Part shown: in pieces, positions 24,056-36,880 of the stretch
Position numbering within the stretch: the first letter of the stretch is position 1
How the letters are laid out: each line of letters begins with the position of its first letter
Assembly (NCBI RefSeq): GCF_964204645.1
Contig: NC_134032.1
Coordinates: 6,870,275 to 6,934,274, forward strand
DNA from: Tubulanus polymorphus
Taxonomy: Eukaryota; Animalia; Nemertea
Length of the DNA: 64,000 bases
Reading direction: 5' to 3'
Notes under the pieces: generated by a model
Seen by the model: the letters and a program-made list of their open reading frames with translations, nothing else
What the model was told of the DNA's origin: nothing
Database searches by the model: none
Translations under genes and position numbers: made by a program

Positions 24056-26117
24056 CTGCATTCATTTAGCAACTGACGTTTTGGTCCCTTTTAGGTTCTG
24101 GACGGCAGAATATCTTAATTTTTTGAGGAGAAAACTGCATTCATTTTGCAACACCCAGTTATAAGGTTCTGGATGGCAGAATATCTTGATTTTTTTTGAG
24201 GAGAAAACTGCATTCATTTAGCAACTCCCAGTTATAAGGTTCTGGATGGCAGAATATCTTAATTTTTTTGAGGAGAAAACTGCATTCATTTAGCAACTCC
24301 CAGTTATATGGTTCTGGATGGCAGAATATCTTAAATTTTTATAGGAGAAAACTGCATTCATTTAGCAACTCCCAGTTATATGGTTCTGGGTGGCAGAATA
24401 TCTTAAATTTTTTAGGAGAAAACTGCATTCATTTAGCAACTCTCAGTTATATGGTTCTGGATGGCAGAATGTCTTAAATTTTTTTAGGAGAAAACTGCAT
24501 TCATTTAGCGACTCCCAGTTATAAGGCTCTGGACGGCAGAATATCTTAATTTTTTTAGGAGAAAACTGAACTCATTTAGCAACTCCCAGTTATAAGGTTC
24601 TGGATGGCAGAATATCTTAATTTTTTTTTAGGAGAAAAGTGAGCTCATTTAGCAACTCCCAGTTATAAGGTTCTGGATGGCAGAATATCTTATTTTTTTT
24701 GAGGAGAAAAGTGAGCTCATTTAGCAACTCCCAGTTATAAGGCTCTGGACGGCAGAATATCTAAATTTTTTTTAAGGAGAACACTGAATTCATTTATCAA
24801 CTCCCAGTTACAAGGTTCTGGATGGCAGAATATCTTAATTTTTTTTTAGGAGAAAAGTGAGCTCATTTAGCAACTCCCAGTTATAAGGTTCTGGATGGCA
24901 GAATATCTTAATTTTTTTTTAGGAGAAAACTGCATTCATTTAGCAACTGCCAATTATAAGGTTCTGGACGGCAGAATATCTTAATTTTTTTTTTTGAGGA
25001 GAAAAGTGAGCTCATTTAGCAACTCCCAGTTATAAGGTTCTGGATGGCAGAATATCTTAATTTTTTTTAGGAGAAAACTGAATTTCGTTTAATTTGAATA
25101 AAAGGTTTCCCTTAGGAATCGGCAGCAATTTCACTTATCTTATTTCACCACTTTCCAAAATTTTGTATACGTTTGCAATGAACCGCAACCAGGATCTGAA
25201 CCTGAAAGAATGGTACTATATGATGATTAATCAAACTCTTTGAATCCGACCCTGAAATAAAACTAACAATCAATACCTCATAAGTGAATGCAATAGCTGC
25301 CAGAGCTACATTTCCAAGGATAACTGCATTCATTTAGCAACTGACGTTTTGGTCCATTTTAGGTTCTGGACAGCAGAATATCTTAATTTTTTGTGGAGAA
25401 AACTGAATTCATTTAGCAACTCCCAGTTGTAAGGTTCTGGATGGCAGAATATCTTGATTTTTTTTAGGAGAAAACTGCATTCATGTAGCAACTCCCAGTT
25501 ATAAGGTTCTGGATGGCAGAATATCTTGATTTTTTTTAGGAGAAAACTGCATTCATTTAGCAACTCCCAGTTATAAGGTTCTGGATGGCAGAATATCTTG
25601 ATTATTTTTAGGAGAAAACTGCATTCATTTAGCTACTCCCAATTATAAGGCTCTGGACGGCAGAATATCTTGATTTTTTTAAGGAGAAAACTGCATTCAT
25701 TTAGCGATCCCAGTTATAAGGTTCTGGATGGCAGAATATCTTGATTTTTTTAAAGTAAAAAACTGCATTCATTTAGCAACTCCCAGTTATAAGGTTCTGG
25801 ACGGCAGACTATCTTAATTTTTTTAAGGAGAAAACAGCATTCATTTAGCTACTCCCAATTATAAGGCTCTGGACGGCAGAATATCTTAATTTTTTTAAGG
25901 AGAAAACTGCATTCATTTAGAAACTCCCAGTTATAAGGTTCTGGATGGCAGAATATCTTAATTTGTTTTTAGGAGAAAACTGCTTTCATTTAGCAACTCC
26001 CAGTTATAAGGTTCTGGACGGCAGAATATCTTGATTTTTTTTAAGGAGAAAACTGCATTCATTTAGCGATCCCAGTTATAAGGTTCTGGACGGCAGAATG
26101 TCTTGATTTTTTGAGGA
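24056..26117. repeat. ~61-bp satellite, roughly 30 monomers in two blocks
   Basis: Unit AGGAGAAAACTGCATTCATTTAGCAACTCCCAGTTATAAGGTTCTGGATGGCAGAATATCTTAAT(T)n; blocks at about 24056-25081 and 25324-26117, each preceded by the same ~240-bp non-satellite segment (1268-bp offset). Confidence 0.97.
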
Positions 26118-26622
26118 GCGCGTGTATAGGCCAATTAAATCAATCCATTATCGTACAGGTTGACTAACACTGACAACTTCAGATACAAATAGCAATAAAC
26201 TTGAAGATATAAGATAAAAAGCAAATCTTATATTCAACAAATTCGATAATATAGGCCGACGTCAAGTTTATTTAAGTTTTAGTTTAAGAATCTAATTATG
26301 AATATTGAGGGTCAAACTAAGTTCTTGGGATTGGATTTACTGAATAGGTCTGGTGACATCATTTTCATGTCCATTATGATTTTCTAATCTTTTCCTTATG
26401 CCATTCATTCATTGAAAATAAACCTTTTGAGCAACCCCCTTTCTTGATGTAGTATAATAGTGAATGCAATTATATTTTAGATTGAGTGACAAATTTGTAG
26501 GCCTAAAAACAACAGTTAGATAGAGTAATAAAATTCAGATTTCAATCTATATTTATGGCAAAATTAGTTTGACCCTCATAATTATATAGAAACCTATTAT
26601 GATTAGCTGATTACTCAAAAAT

Positions 26623-27780
26623 CAAGGCGTCAAGGACGACCAGCGTAAATGGTACGACATCCGGGATCTGAAATGGTTTATTCCATACCTTGAAAAAGTA
26701 ATGATACCTAACACTTCCAAAAATCAAACAGCACTCCTCCAGTAAATCAAGGCGTCCAGGACGACCAGTGTAGCTGGTACGACATCCGGGATCTGAAATG
26801 GTTTATTCCATACCTTGAAAAATAATACCTTACTCACTATTCCAATACTAGAAGTCAACTCCAACAAGGGTATGAGGATCAATCACTGGCTAAGATAACT
26901 TTGTTAGTCATGCTTTCTTAGAATGTCAATATAACCATGGGAACCAGAAGAAAAAAGTTTATTAATAGGTCATTGATCAATAAATAGATTACATTACAAA
27001 ATGTATAGGCAACTCAGTTGACCTGCACTTGATCTAAAACATTGAAACAAAATGTGTTGTCCTGTTGAAATTGTTGTGAATTCTGTTTTATCTGACCTGC
27101 TGCCTATATCTTTTAGTTTGCTCATCCTACAAAAATAAAACAAGATGCAATTTCCTACCATCTATAATTTGAGTAAATTTAAATCACTTGAGAAGCTTCT
27201 TAGCCACCACATCGTAAAAAGGCCTGTAGATTTATGTAAATAATTCAATCCATCGAAAAGAATTTCAAATTTGATTTTCTAGACCTACCTGTTGACAAAA
27301 TGACAAATTATGTTTTTAAAAATAATTCAAAGCAAAAGATTTGATTTCGTGGAATTTATCTTTTTTTAAATATGCAAAACCAATTCGAAGCAATTTTCGT
27401 AATTTAAACTTAGAACGGAGAGATAGGCTTAAGATTAGTTGACCGAACACCCACCTTCCTTGGCTTGGCTTTAAAAACTTTGTACCCTCTCAATAGGCCT
27501 AATGAATAGACCTGTCGTAGAAAATATTTGATTAAAAAAAAATCGAGGCGTCCAGGACGACCAGTGTAAATGGTACGACATCCGGGATCTGAAATGGTTT
27601 ATTCCATACCTTGAAAAAGTAATGATACCTAACAATTCCAAAAGTCAAACAGCGCCCCTCATTTTTAATCAAGGCGTCCAGGACGACCAGTGTAAATGGT
27701 ACGACATCCGGGATCTGAAATGGTTTATTCCATACCTTGAAAGAGTAATGATACCTATAACAATTCCAAAAGTCAAACAG
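26623..27780 (-). repeat. Four inverted copies (two 125-bp-period pairs) of the ~70-bp core of the 169-bp repeat
   Basis: AGGCGTC(C/A)AGGACGACCAG-N5-(A/C)TGGTACGACATCCGGGATCTGAAATGGTTTATTCCATACCTT at about 26623, 26748, 27545 and 27670. Confidence 0.93.
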
Positions 27781-28518
27781 AGCCTTAAGGCTCTTGTTTT
27801 ATGGATGTATCACTGTCTCGTAGAATCGTATTAATGTTTTCGTAAAAAAAGCCAATATGGCAACCAGAAAAAAGTAAGCCACGGTTTGAAACAATGATTT
27901 ACACTGTCCTAGGTATACTAGGTTGGATCATATTCATAAACATACAATTTACTAGGGATCCAGGGGCACCATGCCTACTTGGGATGTGGTTTTAAATGCT
28001 AAACAATCTAACACTTAAATATTCAACATCCCCTGGTGATCTTATACTGAAATCGGGTGTCAGTGTTATGAAATAAAGAATCAAGTGATCCCACGTTTGA
28101 GATGTATCCTAGGCCAGTATTAATGTAATTCAAATATCTAGACTATAATTCAAAAACTCTTGATATTTTCCTGAAAAATTCTAGTTTCTCCACCTACCAA
28201 TGAGTACTAATGACACGATGATGGTTGCCAATTGCGTGATAATTGGCTTATCGAAAATACATGTCTGATCTATTTTAAACGTTTTTTTTCATAGAATACC
28301 CACCGCAAATTTCAATGAAAAATGACAAATCTGTAGGAAGCTACAGGTCTCAGAATTCAGGCCAAAACCGTAATTTTTGTGCCATCTTGAGTCCATTCGG
28401 CCCAATTTTTTCTCATGCTGATGGATCCTTGGGGAATACAAATACAAGTAAAAGATCACTAATATGTCAAAGTCGAAACTTGGTGAAGCGCACAGCCAGA
28501 GTTTTAATGAATAAATAC

Positions 28519-30731
28519 TAGAGGCGAGTGCCCTTTCGGCAACATTGTAAAAAACATAGGTTTTTGCGGGGGCAACTGTGTTCGGTGTGGTCCGTGACCA
28601 AAGTAAATCACCCAAAATGTCGAAGATCTATTCAGAGCGAAGATTTGCCGTGGTCAAATAAATACATGCTTAGAAAAGGAATTCATTTTTGCGAAAAAAA
28701 CAAGGTGCTTTGAGAGTTTTGATTACAAATTGAAAGCCTTGTATGTTTTATCTTTCATACGACGATTAATCTTTCTGTATTGTCAGATATGTTCTACGAA
28801 CGGCTTTAACAGTTTATGTTTTACACAAGAAATTTGTTCCCAAGTTCTACATTGTAAAAAATGTAGGTTTTGCTGAAGGAAGGAACCCGGTGGCGTGACC
28901 AAAGAAAATCACCCAAAATATGATAGACCTTCGAGCGAATTAAGGTACCCCATTTTTTTTAAAAATCATTTTCTGCGAAAAACTACGTGGGAGTCTTGGG
29001 AATGTTGATTACATATTGAGAGTCTTTATTATCGATTACACGAGAATAAAATTTTCTGTAGTTAAAAATCGTCAGATTTCTACCTAAGTCTCATAGCTTC
29101 AATAGTTTTATATGTTTTACACTAAAAATTTGTTCCTAAGCCGGGGTAAAACAACGGGTTGCATGGGTTTGGAATTAATGGAACAACGGTATTTTAAATA
29201 CGGATTATAGCGTACGAATTTTACTCGACACAGAAAATGGGAATAACGTTTGAAAAGACACATATAAGATATGTTAAAAAACGCACGGCATTATACTCCA
29301 GGGATTGGCAAAATTTTGAGTTAATTATTCAGTACTTGTGTGTAACGGGACGGTCTTTTTGTAACACGCGGACCGCGCGCGCGCCTTATTCTCCGGATGC
29401 TGTGAAACCGGCGCTCCGGAGAAATACGAACTAAAAATAACATTTTTTGACAATATTTTGTGAATATTCTTTGTAAATATTCTGAAAATTACACAAAATC
29501 ATTTTGTAATCCTTCATTGACGTATTTAAACTACCCGCGAGACGCGGCCCGCAAGTTTCGACGAAAGTCCGTCCGTGACCGTCATTTTCGTTGCCGCGAT
29601 TTAGCCAATGCCCATGTGTCCCGGATGTAAACTACACTTTTTGAGAAGGACGGTATGGAGAAATATAGAAAATTTGAATTTGCCTCATACGCGTGATTAA
29701 CTTAAGGAGCTTCCAGCTCGCGCCTTCTAGAGGCGAGTGCCCTTTCGGCAACTAATATAGATCTACATTGTAAAAAACATAGGTTTTGCGGGGGCAACTG
29801 TGTTCGGTGTGGTCCGTGACCAAAGAAAATCACCCAAAATGTCGAAGATCTATTCACAGCGAAGATTTGCCGTGGTCAAATAAATACATGTTTAGAAAAG
29901 GAATTCATTTTTGCGAAAAAAACATGCTTTGGGAGTGTTGATTGCAAATTGAAAGCCTTGTTTGTTTTACGACAATAAATCTTCCTGTATCGTCAGATAT
30001 GTTCTACGAACGGCTTTAACAGTTTTATATGTTTTACACAAGAAATTTGAAGATTAAAAAAGAAAAAAATCATTTTTTGCGAAAAACAACGTGGGAGTTT
30101 GGCAATGTTGATTACGTATTGAGAGCCTATGGTTTTATCGATTATACGAAAATAAATTTTTCTGTAGTTTAAAAAATGTAAAATTTCTACAATAAATCTC
30201 ATGGCTTCAATAGTTTTATATGTTTTACACTAAAGATTTGTTCCTAAGTATTACAACGGGTTGCATGGGTACGGAATTAATGGAACAACGCTATTTTAAA
30301 TACGGTACGGATTATAGCGAATTTTACTCGAAACGGAAAAGGGGAATAACGTTTGAAAAACGGGAGTAAAAAACACATTAAGATACGATATGTTAAAAAA
30401 CGCACGGCATTTTACTCCCAGGGATTGGCAAAATTCTGAGTTAATTATTCAGTACTTGTGTGGAGCGGGACGGTCATTTTGTAACACGCGGACCGCGCGC
30501 GCGCGTTATTCTCCGGGACTCGACCCTTAGTGATGCTGTGAAACCGGCGCTCTTGTTATTCTAAAGAAATTCGACCCGTTGCTAAGGGACTGTGCTTTTT
30601 GTGGGATTCGAATCCAGTCTTCCAATCGGTTTCTACGGAGAAATACGAACTAAAAATGACATTTCTTTGACAATATTCGTGAATATTCTTTGTAAATATT
30701 CTGAAAATTACACTTTTTGAGAAGGACGGTA
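28519..30731 (-). mobile_element. Tandem non-autonomous Helitron-like units A (28519-29726) and B (29727-30731, interrupted)
   Basis: Repeated ~1.2-kb unit; minus-strand end TGCC-GAAA-GGGCA hairpin followed by CTCTAG; no coding capacity. Confidence 0.7.
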
Positions 30732-32214
30732 CACTGTAAAAAATATTTCCGTATAATAACGGTGAAAATCTATGCAGCAGTGTAACACGGAAATTCTACC
30801 GTTTTAGTTCCGTTTTTATGCGGTATCCCTCACCGTTTTAAGACGGCAGATTTCGGACAAATAACGGGCACTTTGACCGTTTAAAAAGGTCGTGCAGCCG
30901 TCTTAAGACGGTATACTAACCGATAAATAGCGACAGAAATCCATTTTAAAACGGTAGCAACCGTTTGATGACGGCGATTTCCTGTTTCCTCCGACAAAAT
31001 TCCGTCGAATGACGATCGGACCCGTTCATATACGGCGTGGGCAGCCATCTCGAAACAGAAAACCTGGCGATAAATTACGGCAGAATCCGTTTTTCTACGG
31101 CAACCATATTGGTCATCCGTATAAAAACGCACACTTCCGCGTCCTCAATTTTGCCTCCTAAATCCTTCATAAATAAGTCAGTTTTCAATTTTTATTACAA
31201 ACTGGAATGTATTTTTAACGATTTACACTAAATTGATTAATAAAACTGATTAACAAAAAGAATATCATTATCGCATATAATATAATGTATATAGGAAAAG
31301 TACGTTTTTTCAAATCATGATGTATTTGCTACGTCCACTAATTGACCAGATCTACAGGTCATGGAAAAATTAAGAAATACAACTGTATGGCGATTTACGT
31401 TTAAAATGTGGGACCCCATTCCATTCAAACTAACACAGTTTCACAAGGTAGTATTCTATATGTTAAGGTTAGTCACACCTTAAACTGGATGAGCGTAATT
31501 TCATTGATGATTAGATCTAAGAATATCTCAGAATATCAATCATAAGTGAGGTAATACGTATTATCATCCCTGATTTGCTTGGCTTTACAAAGGTTAGGGA
31601 TGACATTCCATAAAAATAATTATAACTATACTACATGAGACAGATTATTCTCTGAAAATTGAATGAAACTAGAAAATTAATTACGGATACATTTACGATT
31701 AAATGATAAAACCCTTGGTACAAAATTACATGTACATGTATAACTTAACTACATGGACTTAGAGCAATACTCTCTAAGAATAGCCTTGTACCATCAAAAA
31801 TGCTGTAGAAAATAATGATTAAGTAAAACTTTAAAAAAGAGCACTGATTTAACATCATAACACATAGTAATTACAGAATGAAAAAATAAATTTCATACAA
31901 ATTAGGCTCACTTCCCAAACTAAAAACATAACATCTAAATGCCAAGTTGACAGGTCATGATGTGATATGCAAACTAGGCTTAATTCTTAGCCAGTAGTCC
32001 TAACACATAACGTAGTCATTAGAATGACACTAAGAACATATAATCCATCAATTGGTTGCCTCGAAAGTCTTGGAACTTCAAAATCAGCGCTAAATATTAT
32101 TTACTATCTAGTATACGAACCAAAGCAATATATACTATCACATGTGATTACATGGCCATAATACCGTATACAGGATTGTAAATAATATCATTTAACACAA
32201 TCAATTACTGTTTA

Positions 32215-33245
32215 TCAATATTGCTGAATAAGAAATTTTCCCAAATTGTCGGCTAATTTAACAGCTTTGGGTTTTGCACGGCCCGGTGGGTCAAACTTGA
32301 TCAGAAATCTCTGAAAGAATTCAAGCGTATTTTCAGCAGTTTTAGGATATCTTTTGTGGAACACAAAATATGTTGCAAACAACAACTCTAAGGCCAACAG
32401 CCGATCGCTGACTTTGAAGAGAACAACTCCATCCATTGTTATAACATATTGAGTTGCATCGACATTTGCTGAAAAACAAAAGATTAAAAAGTAGAATTCA
32501 CTGAAATCAGATTTAAGTGCTCAGTGTTCTCCAAAACTGGTTTCAGATGGGTGGCCAATTATTTATTTTACATCCACCCCTCTATCATTGTGCTAATGTG
32601 ATGATTGAAGAAATATTAATTCAAAATTAAGCTTTAGCGTTTGTATTTTTGGGGGATCGAGTCTTGCTACTTCACTTAACAATGAATGCAGCACCTTTGA
32701 AATTCCAGCATATGGAGAACACTGGCTGATTCGGGACACTTCAAAAAATAAAAGAAAAAATGACATTCGATTTCCACCAACATTTTTTTCATTTTAACTA
32801 CGTTAAAACAAGTAGTTCGTTTAACTGCATCGTTAAGACCAGTTTTCAAATTAGGTTTTAATTGAAAAACTGGTTTTAACGGGGCGTTAAAACGGTAAAG
32901 ACCATGTTAAAACGAAAAACTTGTTTCAGAAGGAATGACAGTAGCCGTAGAAAAAACCGTTAAAAGTAAGGGCATTATCATAAGGAGAGAAAACATTGAT
33001 TATTAGCATCTAGAGCAGACCAATCTAATTAATTCAATTTCTATCTCCTCACAAACCCCTTAAAAATGAATGTAGATTATCACAAGAAGAGTAAACAGAC
33101 AACGAAGAATGGTCTATTCAGATACAATTATTCAATTTTACACTGACACTTACCGAAAACGATGATGAGAGGCACAGGTGGGTATGCTGCCATATCTGGT
33201 TCCTGCTCTTCGTTATGTTTTATTTCAACATTCCCAGCGTCTTCT
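32215..33245 (-). pseudogene. SAMD3-like EnSpm accessory gene, last two exons
   Basis: Spliced ...YPPVPLIIVF|A NVDATQYVITMDGVVLF...ALELLFATYFVFHKRYPKTAENTLEFFQRF (donor near 33151, acceptor near 32469), the C-terminal motif of SAMD3-like proteins carried by animal EnSpm elements. Confidence 0.6.
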
Positions 33246-35415
33246 ACTGATGCAGGGGTTCGTGCCGTGGCTGAGTGTAGCGATGCCATCAGGTTCGAGT
33301 CCCTGCAGAGGGAGGATGAAAGACCTGTCACACATGTCACACAGTCAGGGCTGGACTGAGAATTCAACACTGGCCCTACTCCATTTCGTAGCACAGTCCT
33401 CGGTGATACTTAATGCGACCCAGTAGGCAGTGGATTTGTAAAGTTTTGATTGAATTGAGTTTGTAAGGTCCTTCATTCGTTATGCGCTTTACTTGTGCCG
33501 GGTGACTACAAATCAGTCGATGAGCACATGATACAGCAAAGTACTTGCCAAAAATAACTGCTGCGCCCAAATAAAAAAATGAATGACAAATTACCACAAC
33601 TTACCCGTACATTACTTGTAGCGTCTTGAATGCTTCCTAGGGCCCCTACACCTTCATCCGCCGCCATGTTGGATCGCGATTGCTAATTTCCGATTAATAC
33701 CGCCATTATACGGTTGCTTGGCCGCATCTGACGGAGCGTTACCGTTTCTAAACGCCTTCTCCCGATTCCTCGCAAGGAACGCCGTTTATTTGCGGTTTTA
33801 GACCTATTTCTACTGTTTTGTTCCGTATTTAATCGATCCGCGAAAAAATGACATGCCAATTTGCGGAGCAAAACGTTTGTCGACGGATTATGCCGTAGCA
33901 AATCGGATCACTATTGGCCGATTTCAGACGTCGGTAAATGAGCGGTTGTTAAAATCGGTTTTTTAGCGGTTAATTCGTGATAAAACGTCGGAAAATGAGC
34001 GGTTTAGCCGTCGGTAAATCGTCGAAATATTGCATCGTTTACCGACGTTTTATCGTCATTTTTACCATCTTTAATTCGTCGGAAGTTCGTCGATAAATTT
34101 TGCGACGAAAAACCGACGATTAACCGCGGCTGGTGGCGCCACGGTTATGACGTCATGAATATGACGTCATTGAGCCTCGAAGTAGAAAATCGATCTACCA
34201 GCGACCTCATCGAACCTAAGCGCGCGAGTTCATTGGAAAAACCAGAAATAAGTTTTACTCACACACGCAGCGCATCGTTCTTTTATCTGTTTTATGATGC
34301 AATATCATTGGTGATGTTAGGTGACATTACTGCTATCCGGAATCCTGTTATCCGGTACAATACTTCGTTCATGGATGAGATATTGAAGATCCACTTTTCC
34401 AGACTAGTTTCGCGGTTTCTTTCATTCCTTGCTTGCTAGGCCCAAAGTAGTAGGCCCAAAGCTGAAAAAGTTGTAATGTTTAGTGCTGCCGTTGGCGTTG
34501 TGGGTGTAGTTAGTAGGCGGACCTACGTGCTGAAGTAAGTATTTAGCTTTTTTAAATCTTGCAACTGAACATAAAGCAGGCCTAAACTTTTTTTCGAGTT
34601 ATAGAACTTTTCGATCAATGCAAAGCAGCGTTACTTAGGCATATTGATTTTTAATTTTATCATGGACACTTGATCAATTCAGTGCATAGTATTAGGCCTA
34701 AAACGTAAGAGATTCTACTGCCAGTCTTTAATCTAGTATGACCTGTTAACATTAACACCAGAATACTAGGCCTAGATTTGGGGCATCTGAGTATATGCAG
34801 CTCACTGCTCTGTTTAGGTCATATCTTATTTCATTTAGTTGAGAGCATTCTATTATAAAATGAAACTCATCTTCAATGGCATTGCAGTGTTGGCACAGTC
34901 TATTCTCTCTCATCTTCCTCGCTCTATCAGGAGACGATGATTACTTATCCTAAATTTACATGTTGGTTCTAAACAGTTTTGGTAGTATAGGATCCATTAA
35001 GAATGGCGTCATGGTAAATTCAGGATTTAGATTTTTGGAGCAGTCTAGTTTTGGGGAATTTGATATCCATTTGTGCCAAAAAATTTCTCTCTTGTAGTGT
35101 AATTTAGCTCGGGTAAAAGATTTAAAATTAGATGGATTCTCTATCAGTTCAGAATGGTTAAGGATCAGGTAAGTGATCAGGTCTATTCACACAAGTGTCA
35201 TGCATTGATATCTAGGTGTAATCTTTGTAAGCACATAAGGCATTTTGTTAGATGTTGTAGATTTAGGAATATGTGAATAGATAATAAATGCTCCTCTTAA
35301 AAAACAAATAAACATGATATCCTGAAATCACTGATAAAAATCCATTGATTTTCGATCATTACCAAATTAACTTGAATATAAATGATTAAATAAAACATGA
35401 TTGAATATTATTTTA

Positions 35416-36448
35416 TTAAGTTAAATTATAATTATTATCGACGAGAACCGACAATCCTTTGCGCCATGTTGGTTTAATCAGTTGACCCAGATTTGTGATC
35501 TTTGTTAATATGACCAATTTTTTGCCGTCTAGAAAATGTAAATAATTATACAATGGCATAAATGACTTACATGGGCTTAGAATAAACCAATTTAATTTCA
35601 TTGGTCTACTGCACTGATGAAATTACCTTCTTTTTCTTCTTTTAGATACCCTTCAAAAAAAAGGTGCCCATCTATCGATTTGATTGCTTGTATGGCTATA
35701 TTCTTCGTTTTCTTAGATTTCCTATACCGATATGTAATTGTTGTAGGTCCTATTGGCATGTTTAAACTAAATTCCATAAATCAATCCCTTATCAAAATTT
35801 ACCTCGCTTTTGTATCTCTCTGGTTTTTGAGATAACTTTTCACCTCTTTCAAAATAATGACGGGGCTGATGTCAACAGCGTGAGCTTTTAGTTGAGTTTC
35901 AATCTGTAAAAATGAAGAATTTATCAGAAATATATTGTCACTTATTGAAAAATCGAAACTCAGCATAGTAAGGCAGAGTATATAGGCCTATTGTTAAAGT
36001 TTCATTTCTTTACCTCATTCGTTGCTTTCGCAACATCTCCATTATTTAGTAATATGCATGTTTTTACCAGGTCCTACAATTAAAGATTAATTGTTTTATT
36101 TGTTGAAAAAGATACCTATATTGATTTAACCTAACAAAACCATTAGCCTACTCTAAACATTCTCCGTTCTTTTGTCATCTTCGTTCCTTTTTGCTTCCTC
36201 ACTTTCGTTAACATTAATTCAGCTGAATATAAATGTATGTTATTACATGATTATATTGAAATTATAATTACATTGCTTTGTATAGTTTTTAGAAGATTTT
36301 GACAAGTTTAATAGCTTTTGAATTACCTTTGTTTATCAAGCTCCATTCTGAAATTGAAAAAAATGTTATTAATAATTAATAAGATGAACTAAAAATGATT
36401 AGAATTTAAGATATTTATGATACCTTCTTCGGTCATTTGAAATTCCAT
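35416..36448 (-). CDS. CACTA-1 accessory gene, 7 exons, ~160 aa, unknown function
   Basis: Manual GT-AG assembly gives an open frame MEFQMTEEEWSLINKAELMLTK...WRKGLSVLVDNNYNLT*; homologous exon by exon to 45722-46932. Confidence 0.8.
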
Positions 36449-36880
36449 TTTGACTTTTTGTGTCGCTATAGCAGACGCTTGATTATTGGTCACAAGATGG
36501 CAGCACTTATCGGTGGCATTTATTTTGCAGAATAAAATCTTAAAATTGGTATTGGACTTTGAAAAGCTACTAAAAGTTTTCAAAGTTAGCAACAACTGAA
36601 TAGAAATGGGATGCCGATTTAGAAAACAAGAAAAGTTGGCAAGGAATTTCTTCAAGGTTTGAATTATGAAGTTTATTGTATATACATGAAATGATTGTAT
36701 GAACATTGTCGAATACTATACTGTATATCCTTGAAATAATTTAAAATACGCGCGGGGTGCATCTCTCCGTTCTGGTTGTTTTGTTAGTGGTAGACGTAGT
36801 AGTACTATTGATCAATACTACTATACTACTCCTATGCCATAAATTCAATAAATCTTATATCAATGTCAATGCCCAAATTT

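Noticed and set aside
24056-26117. 61-bp periodic array as CRISPR or as a coding repeat
   Set aside because: The whole unit is repeated without unique spacers, and variable T-runs break any reading frame.
28289-30202. Short ORFs within the Helitron-like units (also 55422-55956 and 58061-58258)
   Set aside because: Frames are not preserved between copies and no protein motifs are recognisable.
33260-33305. tRNA gene (A-box-like and B-box-like motifs)
   Set aside because: The boxes are too close together and there is no cloverleaf; kept only as a SINE-like motif.
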